A DNA stretch of 63,963 nt, filler included, from Thraustochytrium aureum (taxonomy: Eukaryota), in assembly GCA_012862495.1 (NCBI GenBank). It is 5 parts of 3 records of this genome, joined end to end, with 100 filler letters (N's around TTAATTAATTAA, not from the genome) between each part and the next. Parts side by side here need not be neighbours in the genome. Positions count along the whole stretch, not along the records: positions 54,567 to 62,159 come from BLSG01000115.1; positions 62,260 to 63,963 come from BLSG01000120.1; 3 more parts are not named here. The stretch is one strand, 5' to 3'. The translations under genes were made by a program, and so were the position numbers. The notes under the pieces are model-generated. The model ran no database searches. It worked only from the letters and a program-made list of their open reading frames with translations, and was not told where the DNA came from. Below are positions 55,380 to 63,963 of the stretch, one piece after another. Position 1 is the stretch's first letter, and each line of letters starts with the position of its first letter.

Positions 55380-56087
55380 TCACACGGTCAGCACCACGGT
55401 GTGCACGGCCGGCTCCTCGGCCCCATACCTCGCGTCGTAGCAAAGGCAGGTGTAGATCGGGCCAAGGAGGCACGCGAAGAAAGACTTTTCGTTGCACTTG
55501 TTCCCCTCGTGGTAGTACACGAGCGGCAAGGGGCAAAAGCACCGCGACAGCGCGTCCGGCGTGGTTCCAGTTCGGGCGCCCATGCGGGGCTTGTAAAAGA
55601 GGAAAAAGTAGAGCACCGCGACGACGAACAGCACGCACGAGGCAGACGTGTACGGCGCGACAGCGCGGTTGACCCTCTCCCTGAGCTCGTCAGGGGGCAC
55701 ATCTTGAGACTCGGCCAGCACAACTGCCTGTGCCACGTTTGAGGCCACCGAGAGGCCGAGCATGGCGACGATCATCACGGCGGCGGGCCACACCTTGTGC
55801 AGGGTCTCGCGCGAGAACCCCGAGTGGATGTAGACCGTCTGGAGCGGGCACAGCATGCCGGCCAGCCTGTCCGGCTTGAGCTCGGGCTCGAGCTCCACTG
55901 CGACGACGACGTCCCCGGCGCTCGGAACGTTCCGCGCAAACCCCCCAAACCTGGCATCCGCGCTCTGCACCAGCGGCGCCTGCTCCTCGCGCATCTTCCC
56001 CGCCTCCGCGGCGCCCTGGTCCACCTGGGCTACAACCGCCACGGCGTGTTCGTCGGCCTGGAGCAAGCTTTGGCTCGCGTCCGCGAG
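55380..56087 (-). CDS. Hypothetical membrane protein, 3' part
   Basis: Open frame with protein-like composition, two TM segments (WPAAVMIVAMLGLSVA; CVLFVVAVLYFFLFY) and a Cys-rich tail; start in gap. Confidence 0.6.
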   Translation of the reverse strand, partial: LADASQSLLQADEHAVAVVAQVDQGAAEAGKMREEQAPLVQSADARFGGFARNVPSAGDVVVAVELEPELKPDRLAGMLCPLQTVYIHSGFSRETLHKVWPAAVMIVAMLGLSVASNVAQAVVLAESQDVPPDELRERVNRAVAPYTSASCVLFVVAVLYFFLFYKPRMGARTGTTPDALSRCFCPLPLVYYHEGNKCNEKSFFACLLGPIYTCLCYDARYGAEEPAVHTVVLTV

Positions 56088-56954
56088 GNNNNNNNNNNNN
56101 NNNNNNNNNNNNNNNNNNNNNNNNNNNNNNNNNNNNNNNNNNNNNNNNNNNNNNNNNNNNNNNNNNNNNNNNNNNNNNNNNNNNNNNNNNNNNNNNNNNN
56201 NNNNNNNNNNNNNNNNNNNNNNNNNNNNNNNNNNNNNNNNNNNNNNNNNNNNNNNNNNNNNNNNNNNNNNNNNNNNNNNNNNNNNNNNNNNNNNNNNNNN
56301 NNNNNNNNNNNNNNNNNNNNNNNNNNNNNNNNNNNNNNNNNNNNNNNNNNNNNNNNNNNNNNNNNNNNNNNNNNNNNNNNNNNNNNNNNNNNNNNNNNNN
56401 NNNNNNNNNNNNNNNNNNNNNNNNNNNNNNNNNNNNNNNNNNNNNNNNNNNNNNNNNNNNNNNNNNNNNNNNNNNNNNNNNNNNNNNNNNNNNNNNNNNN
56501 NNNNNNNNNNNNNNNNNNNNNNNNNNNNNNNNNNNNNNNNNNNNNNNNNNNNNNNNNNNNNNNNNNNNNNNNNNNNNNNNNNNNNNNNNNNNNNNNNNNN
56601 NNNNNNNNNNNNNNNNNNNNNNNNNNNNNNNNNNNNNNNNNNNNNNNNNNNNNNNNNNNNNNNNNNNNNNNNNNNNNNNNNNNNNNNNNNNNNNNNNNNN
56701 NNNNNNNNNNNNNNNNNNNNNNNNNNNNNNNNNNNNNNNNNNNNNNNNNNNNNNNNNNNNNNNNNNNNNNNNNNNNNNNNNNNNNNNNNNNNNNNNNNNN
56801 NNNNNNNNNNNNNNNNNNNNNNNNNNNNNNNNNNNNNNNNNNNNNNNNNNNNNNNNNNNNNNNNNNNNNNNNNNNNNNNNNNNNNNNNNNNNNNNNNNNN
56901 NNNNNNNNNNNNNNNNNNNNNNNNNNNNNNNNNNNNNNNNNNNNNNNNNNNNNN

Positions 56955-57911
56955 GTCTCGCTGGCGAGGTTCACGGCGCTCAAGGAGATCCGGCTCACTA
57001 GCGTCGACCTCAGCGACGGCGCCTTGGCGCACGTCCTGGGCGCGGTCGAGCGCTCGGGGTTCGGCGGCAAGCTCGCTCTCGCCCAGTGCAACCTGGCGGG
57101 CGACGACGCCACGGCCAGCAGGCTGGGCTTCGCCGCGCGCGAGCTGCGCGGCCTGCGGCTCTCCTTCGACCTCGTCGGCGACGCTTGGTGCGGCATCCTA
57201 ACAGAAATGCTCTTCGGCGCCGGCGAGTCGGGTTGTTTGCCGGCGTCGCGCTTGGAGCAGTTCACTCTCGGGCAGTGCATGCAGGACGGAGGCGGGCGAA
57301 CGTGCGCGGTAATCGCTCAGGCATTGGTCTCGCCTTGCTGTGCGCTGGTTCAGCTTGACCTGCAGGAGAACGCGCTGCGTAGCAAAGACTGTCGAGCGCT
57401 CTTCGAGGCCCTCGCGTTCGGGGGCAACTGCACGCTCCGCGCTCTCTCGCTGGCGGGCAACTGCCTCTGTGCAGAGTCGGGATCGCTTATAGGGCAAGCG
57501 TTGGAGGCGTCTGCCTCAATCACGTCGTTGGACCTCTCGTCTAACGCGCTGGGCGACGGTGGGGTGGCCCCCATCGCTGAGGCATTGCGGACCAGCACGG
57601 TGTTGTGGGACCTGAACCTGAGCTCGCTCGGTCTGGGCGAGGACTCTGCCGTAGCCCTCGCCAATGCGATTCGGCTCAACCGCGCCCTCATCTCGCTCAA
57701 CGTTTCGCTCAACTCGCTTGGGGACTTTGGCTGCTTGGCGCTCTGCGACAGTGTCGTCGGCAGCGTGTCGCGCTTGCGCTCTCTGAACATGCGATACAAC
57801 GACGTGTCCGAGGAGGGCCAGCGGCTCGCGCGGCAGACCCTGGAGGGGCGACTACCCTGCCTGCTGCCGCTGGGGCCCTTTCCGGTGTTCCCGGCGCCTG
57901 CGACGGTCTAG
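56955..57911 (+). CDS. RNI-like leucine-rich repeat protein, 3' part
   Basis: LVQLDLQENAL, LRALSLAGNCL, ITSLDLSSNALGDGGV..IAEAL, LWDLNLSSLGLG, LISLNVSLNSLGDFG, LRSLNMRYNDV. Confidence 0.88.
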   Translation, partial: VSLARFTALKEIRLTSVDLSDGALAHVLGAVERSGFGGKLALAQCNLAGDDATASRLGFAARELRGLRLSFDLVGDAWCGILTEMLFGAGESGCLPASRLEQFTLGQCMQDGGGRTCAVIAQALVSPCCALVQLDLQENALRSKDCRALFEALAFGGNCTLRALSLAGNCLCAESGSLIGQALEASASITSLDLSSNALGDGGVAPIAEALRTSTVLWDLNLSSLGLGEDSAVALANAIRLNRALISLNVSLNSLGDFGCLALCDSVVGSVSRLRSLNMRYNDVSEEGQRLARQTLEGRLPCLLPLGPFPVFPAPATV

Positions 57912-58885
57912 CCTGTTCTTTGCGGGGGAGGACGGCACGAGTACTGCTCTAATCGCCGTGGGTGCTTGGGCTTTTGAAAACTACGCTGCGCTACCGGTAC
58001 GCTGCGCGAGAGCCGAGCCTTTGCAGTGGGAAATAGAGCGCGGCGTCGATCTACCCCATGTGGCTGGCGTGTTTGTTTTGAAAAGAAACCCCCCAAAAAA
58101 GGCGATGAACGAAACGGCGCAGCACCAACACGGGCGTCTCGCTGCGCCACGGAGGCGGCTCGCTGGAAGCGGGCCCAGGCCAGCCCCATGAGTGCCTCAA
58201 GTCGTTCAGAAACTTTACGGATGACAGCCTGACACGAGCGGTCCGTGACAAACAACTCGCTGATGATCACCTGCGGATCAAATTACCTAGGTGACCCATG
58301 CAACACTTCCTCGCGGAGCTTGCAAAGGCACGAGCCGCTGGCGAGCGAGCCCCTGCCACCCGTGGGTTGCATCGCGAGAGCCAGGCAGGCAGGCAGGCAG
58401 AAAATGCCAGAGTGCAACACCCACCAATTCGTTGTCCCTCCACTCCACATCTCGGCACGGAAACCAACCCGCCTGCCAACATCTCTCCAAGCCGCAGAGC
58501 ATCAAGCCGCACAGCTTCCCTGACGAGGCCGCGAGCGCCCGGACGCGCGGCGAGCACAGGTCGAGCCCAACGGGTCGCGGACCACAACAACCTCTCGAAA
58601 ATACATAGGGCGGACAAGCGGGTGGCGCCGAGCGAGTCGGGGGCGGTGCAGAGCCCGAAATCGATCGACTTGGGCGCGCTCGAGGCGGGCAAGCAGCGCC
58701 AAGAGCTGGGCTGCGTCTTGCAGGTCCCTCCTCGCGGTCGTGTATCGGTCACTGCCGTCCTTTGTTGACGCGCTTGTGGGCTTGCGCCGTGTGCTTGTTG
58801 GCCGCGTAGCACATCGCGGGACGGCTCGAGTTTTTGCAGCCGTGCACGCTTGGGTTGGTCCGGTTGAGGAAGACGCCTCGACGGC

Positions 58886-60935
58886 ATGGAGCCTGCGCGG
58901 AAACGCGGGAAAAGCAATAATGCTGCCGCGGTACCGGAGACCATGGTGGTGAGGTTTGTGCGCGCCGCGCCGGCGGACGGGGAGCAGGCCGCCAGCGCCA
59001 AGGCGCGGTGAGCTTGCCCCAGATCGATATTCCGCTGAGCACCAACACGTTGCAACTGGAGAGCCTGGTGAACGAGATGCTGGGCAACGCGGAGAAGGTA
59101 CCGTTTGCGTTTTACGTGACCGAGCAGAAGAAAGAGGTCGTGGGCACGCTCAAGGACGCCGTGACGGAGGAGAAGATCTCGACCGAGGCGGTGCTCGAGA
59201 TCAAGTACGAAGCCTTGTCGCTGTTCCGCGTCCACCCCGTGACGCGGTGCACCGATAGTCTGCCGGGCCACACCGAGGCCCTGTTGCATGTGAGCTTTAG
59301 CCCCGACGGGGCCCAGCTCGCGAGCGGCGGGGGCGACACCACCGTTCGCTTCTGGGACGTGTCTACGCGAATGCCGCGATTCGTGTGCAAAGGGCACCGC
59401 AACCACGTTCTGTGCACGNNNNNNNNNNNNNNNNNNNNNNNNNNNNNNNNNNNNNNNNNNNNNNNNNNNNNNNNNNNNNNNNNNNNNNNNNNNNNNNNNN
59501 NNNNNNNNNNNNNNNNNNNNNNNNNNNNNNNNNNNNNNNNNNNNNNNNNNNNNNNNNNNNNNNNNNNNNNNNNNNNNNNNNNNNNNNNNNNNNNNNNNNN
59601 NNNNNNNNNNNNNNNNNNNNNNNNNNNNNNNNNNNNNNNNNNNNNNNNNNNNNNNNNNNNNNNNNNNNNNNNNNNNNNNNNNNNNNNNNNNNNNNNNNNN
59701 NNNNNNNNNNNNNNNNNNNNNNNNNNNNNNNNNNNNNNNNNNNNNNNNNNNNNNNNNNNNNNNNNNNNNNNNNNNNNNNNNNNNNNNNNNNNNNNNNNNN
59801 NNNNNNNNNNNNNNNNNNNNNNNNNNNNNNNNNNNNNNNNNNNNNNNNNNNNNNNNNNNNNNNNNNNNNNNNNNNNNNNNNNNNNNNNNNNNNNNNNNNN
59901 NNNNNNNNNNNNNNNNNNNNNNNNNNNNNNNNNNNNNNNNNNNNNNNNNNNNNNNNNNNNNNNNNNNNNNNNNNNNNNNNNNNNNNCGCGGCCTGCGAGC
60001 GGCTTGTGAGCGGGTCCAAAGACAAGACCGCGAGGGTGTGGAACGTCCGCACCGGGCGCTGCGAGATGACGCTGACCGGGCACAACGACTCGGTGGAGAG
60101 CGTGCGATGGGGAGGCGAGGGCCTCATCTACACGGCCTCTCGGGACAAGACGATCCACGTGTGGGCCCAGCGCGCCCCCGACGACGTGAGCAGCAACGCC
60201 GCTCCGTTCAAGCTCGCCCGGATTCTCAAGGGCCACGCGCACCGCATAAACTTCCTTGCGCTCTCAACAGACTATCTGTGCCGCACCGGCGCGTTCGACC
60301 ACAAAGGCGGGCTGTTTGAGGATCCCGAGGACGAGAGCAGCAAAACCAAGCGCGGCCCGAGCTCGGCTTTTCTCGACCTCACGGTCGGCAAAAAGAGCCA
60401 AGGATACGACCGGAGCGCCGCGCACGCGGCGGCCATCAGCAGGTACGCTGCTGCTCGGCGACAGCACGGCGCGTCTGCGCCGGCCGGCGTTCCGTTCGAG
60501 CGGCTCGTGTCCTGCTCGGACGACCTGACGCTGTACTTGTGGCACCCTACAGAGGACAAGAAGCCTGTGCAGCGAATGCTTGGGCACCAGCAGGCCGTGA
60601 CGCACCTCTCGTTCTCCCCGGACGGGAGGTACCTTGCGAGCGCCTCGTTCGACAAGAAGGTCAAGCTCTGGTGCGGGCGCACGGGGCGCTTCTTGTCGAC
60701 GCTGACGGGCCACGTCGGCCACGTGTACCAAGTGTGCTGGGCCCCGGACAGCCGTCTGCTGTGCAGCGCCTCCAAGGACAGCACGCTCAAGGTTTGGGAG
60801 GCCCGCAACCCGCGCAAGCCCCGCGAAACGCTTTCCGGCCACCTCGACGAGGTGTACGCTCTGGATTGGAGCCCAAACGGCGAGCTGATGGCCTCGGGCG
60901 GCAAGGACCGCGTGCTCAAGATTTGGGCGCAGTAG
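58886..60935 (+). CDS. NLE1: Notchless (NLE1/Rsa4) ribosome assembly WD40 protein (frameshift ~59000; central gap)
   Basis: NLE domain (LESLVNEML..EKVPFAFYV...STEAVLEIKY..LFRV.PVTRC), GHTEALL..SFSPDG, GGEGLIYTASRD, LSTDYLCRTGAFD, ERLVSCSDD, GHQQAV, ASASFDK, GHLDEVYALDWSPNG. Confidence 0.95.
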
Positions 60936-61406
60936 CCCGGTCGCCTCGACCGTCGGGCGAGCTCTCTTTGGGCTGAGGTAAGGCGAGGCTGGCCCCAAGA
61001 CTGTGGCAACAGAGCGAGCTGCCTTGGAGCGCTGCCCACCCCCTCGCGCGCGCTCGGTGTTTATTTCTTCTTCCCTGTCTGATGTTGCTTGCCAGTTCCC
61101 GCGCCGCGCTGCGCCGCGCTGGCGCGGGCTGCAGGCAGACNNNNNNNNNNNNNNNNNNNNNNNNNNTTGCAATCCTTCTTGTCGTGGGTTAAAAACACAA
61201 CCGATTTGCTGTCCATAGGTTCTGCCTGCCTGGCTGCCTGGCTCCAGTGCCTAGAGCTCGAGCTCGATCTGCGTCGCGTTGGTGCAAGGGGCCGCGCAGC
61301 TGGCGAGGGGCAGAGTAAAAAAGGAGTTTTGTGCAAGTTCTGTGCGCCTCTCTACTACTAGCAGTCACATGAGCAGCCGCGCCTCGGCAGCGGGGGGGCG
61401 GCCGCA

Positions 61407-61919
61407 TTAAAAACCGAAACAGGACCAGCTGCTGCCGCCGCCGCCGCCGGGGTTGACCAATTTCGCAACCTCCTTGTGGCCGTTCAGCTTGGCGAGGTCA
61501 TACGCCGTCATGCCCCCGTTGTCGACCAGTTTCTTGTCAGCCCCGTTCTCAAGCGCGCACATAACAAAGTTCGCTTTGCCCAGGTCGGAGGCCATATGCA
61601 GCGGCGTGGACCCTGTGTTGGAGGTCAAGTTGATGTCGGCCCCAGCATCGAGGAGGATCTTGGCGCAGGGCACGGCGCCCATGACCGCGGCCCAGTGCAG
61701 GGGTGTCCGGCCGGACTTGTCCTTGATGTCCACAGTCGCCCCCTTTTCGATCAAGAGCGTGACCACCTCGACGCTGTTCGCTGCCACGGCCCGGTGCAGC
61801 GCTGTCCGGTTGGCCGCGCCAAACTCGTTCACATCGATACCTTCCTCCTCGATGCACGTCCGCACGGCCTGCGCATTCCCCTTGTACGCAGCCTTGTGCA
61901 GTTCAGAATCGCGCGGCAT
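61407..61919 (-). CDS. Small ankyrin-repeat protein (170 aa)
   Basis: ELHKAA, RTALHRAV, GRTPLHWAA, GSTPLHMAS, GMTAYDLA repeats. Confidence 0.92.
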   Translation of the reverse strand: MPRDSELHKAAYKGNAQAVRTCIEEEGIDVNEFGAANRTALHRAVAANSVEVVTLLIEKGATVDIKDKSGRTPLHWAAVMGAVPCAKILLDAGADINLTSNTGSTPLHMASDLGKANFVMCALENGADKKLVDNGGMTAYDLAKLNGHKEVAKLVNPGGGGGSSWSCFGF

Positions 61920-62159
61920 CCTGCCTGCCCGAAGCGCGTCCTGCGCCGCCGCGTCCGCCTGACCCCGGTCACAGCCAGGCCCTTCACAGCCAGGCCAGCA
62001 AGGCCAGCCAGGTCAAAGAAACCCACGGCCACCACCCTCGCGTACCGCGCGACTCGCGTACCGCGCGAGCAATAGACCTCGACCGCGCGGCGACACAGGT
62101 CGTAAGCCCTTACCTCCGCGCAGCGCTCGTCGTCCAGGACACCCCAACAACGCGCTTGC

Positions 62160-62259
62160 NNNNNNNNNNNNNNNNNNNNNNNNNNNNNNNNNNNNNNNNN
62201 NNNTTAATTAATTAANNNNNNNNNNNNNNNNNNNNNNNNNNNNNNNNNNNNNNNNNNNN
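62160..62259. other. Artificial scaffold-joining linker
   Basis: N44-TTAATTAATTAA-N44. Confidence 0.95.
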
Positions 62260-62261
62260 AC

Positions 62262-63963
62262 TCGCTATCCGCGGTGATCCGAACCGGCGACGAAATGCTC
62301 TTTGTCGACAACGCCTTTGCAGGCTCCGACATGTACGTCGTGTACAGCCACCGGGCGGGGCGCAGCTCGACGCCAGGCGAATCCTTCACGTGCGGGACAG
62401 AAACGCCTGACAGCCACGACCACGGCAACGAGAGCGCCTCTGGAGGGCGGAGGTTGTGGGAGAACGAGAACGACATCCCGCGCCGCGTGGGCCGCAGACT
62501 GCAAGATTCGACCACGACGTCCGGCGTCGTCTTGCGGCTAGCGATGATCGCCAACCGCGAGTTCTCCGAGTACCACGGCGGCACGTTGCCCGCGGTTCTT
62601 GCAGCGATCGCGACGGCAATCAGCCGTGTTAACGGGATATTTATGCGCGAGCTCGGCGTTTACTTTCAGCTCATCGAGGCCGCAGACCGACTCATTTGCC
62701 TCAACGACGGGAGCTGTGACTTTTACTTGCCCAACACGGCTGACATGATCGGACTGAACCGCAATTTCCTAGTGCACGTCAACGTGCCAGACAGCGACTA
62801 CGACATTGGCCACTCGCTGTCGACTGGGTCGGGTGGCCTCGCCAGCTACCCGGCGCTCTGCATGGAAGACCGCAAGGCGCGAGGGACGACGGGGGTTTCT
62901 CAACCCGATTCGGATGCCTTTTACGTCGACTATTTGAGCCACGAGCTCGGGCACCAGCTCTTCGGTCCGCACTCGTTCCGCAATTGTGATGACAAGGACG
63001 AACATCTCATGTCCGACGGCGCCAACGAAGCGGGCAGCGGGTCTACGATCATGAGCTACGCTGGACTTTGCGGCGCAAACAACCTCCAGTCGCACTCAGA
63101 CCCGTACTTCAACAGCCTTCACCTCGAGCGTATGCGCGGGTTTATTTATGACCAGGTGGACAGTAGCGAGTCCTGCGGAAAAATCTTCGTTACCGACCGC
63201 GCGAAGCCCAAGGTCGCGTCGGCAGCTGCAGCCGCTGGCTGCACCGTTCCCGTGGGTAACCCTTTCCAGCTGCAGGGCCGCGCCGTTGGAGGCGATGGTC
63301 TCATCTTCTCGATTGACCGCGTGGATGTGAAGAAGGAGATTTTCGCCGACCGGGCTGTTGGTCGCTTCCGCCCTCGCACTCCGTCGGCCTTGCCGTTTCG
63401 TACCTTTCCCAACATGTACTATTTGGTTCACGGCCTCGACAAGGATGCGATGGACGAGCGCCTGCCTGCGGCAGCTGGGTCCATGACGTTCCGATTTGCG
63501 GGACGGTCGCGCTTCCTTGCCTCAGCAACTGCCGATGAATTTGAGGATGAACTGATCGGCGACTTTGACTTTGTCGACATCCTCGTCACCTTCAGGAAGA
63601 CGGCGGGCCCGCTACGAGTCACGGGTCGCGCGGCCCTCGAGGCCGCCCCGCTCAAGCCGTATGTGCTTCATGACTTTTCTTGGGACGTTGGCGGCACCAA
63701 CGCGCTCTCGTCGCGCGTCAAGATCATGCTTGCCATCGACACGCTTCCGCGGAGGCCCTCGTTTGTCTACGATTCCCACATCAAGGCTCTCGACTGGGTG
63801 CTCGTTGGGGAGGTGGCCAACACTGGCAAAGCTCGCCTCCGGATCCCCCAGCTCGCCGAAAATCAAGAGTTGCAAGTGCATCTCATGGTCCGATCAGCGG
63901 GCTCGGACGACTGTTTCTTCTTCGACCTCGTCCCAAACCTCCGCCTCGCTGCGTCGCCATCGA
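62262..63963 (+). CDS. Reprolysin-like (M12B-related, bacterial-type) zinc metalloprotease, both ends truncated
   Basis: An uninterrupted frame from 62262, absent from the ORF track: FTCGT, LRLAMIANREFSEYHGG, RVNGIFMRELG, YDIGHSL, KARGTTG, FYVDYLSHELGHQLFGPHSF (HExxHxxxxxH at ~62940-62972), EAGSGSTIMSYAGLCG (Met-turn), SDPYF, then TVPVGNPFQL...RTFP...WDVGGT. Confidence 0.9.

Overview
High-GC, gene-dense eukaryotic draft genome sequence, not prokaryotic. Evidence: GT-AG introns with GTAAGT donors and GCTAAC branch points, plus PSMB1, NAT10, METAP2 and NLE1. The compact, intron-poor style suggests a protist, possibly a stramenopile such as a thraustochytrid; this is inference only. The window is not one locus. 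Four artificial 100-nt linkers (N44-TTAATTAATTAA-N44) split it into five concatenated scaffolds (1-16880, 16981-30064, 30165-54466, 54567-62159, 62260-63963), and many N gaps interrupt genes. About 30 protein-coding genes or fragments are recognisable, including PP2C, MMADHC, MTFP1, GNB1L-like WD40, PhoD, peroxisomal hydroxy-acid oxidase, RING-H2, an AGC kinase tail, two NIPA transporters, NAT10, METAP2, a STAS-less SLC26, PSMB1, CCDC86, an LRR protein, NLE1 and ankyrin proteins. The most unusual items are: a signal-anchored glutaredoxin-like + TTL-family ligase; two tandem EsV-1-7-type Cys/His repeat genes; a bacterial-type reprolysin metalloprotease missed by the ORF track; a protist pentameric ligand-gated channel; a multi-TM protein with two Sec14/CRAL-TRIO domains; a propeller-MORN-PHD-PB1 protein; and a WW-WW-RanBP2-FYVE-ARM protein. 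Eight genes carry single-base frameshifts, nearly all at short homopolymers and most likely sequencing errors. No tRNA, rRNA, CRISPR array or transposase was recognised. All domain calls come from motif recognition by eye, not database searches.
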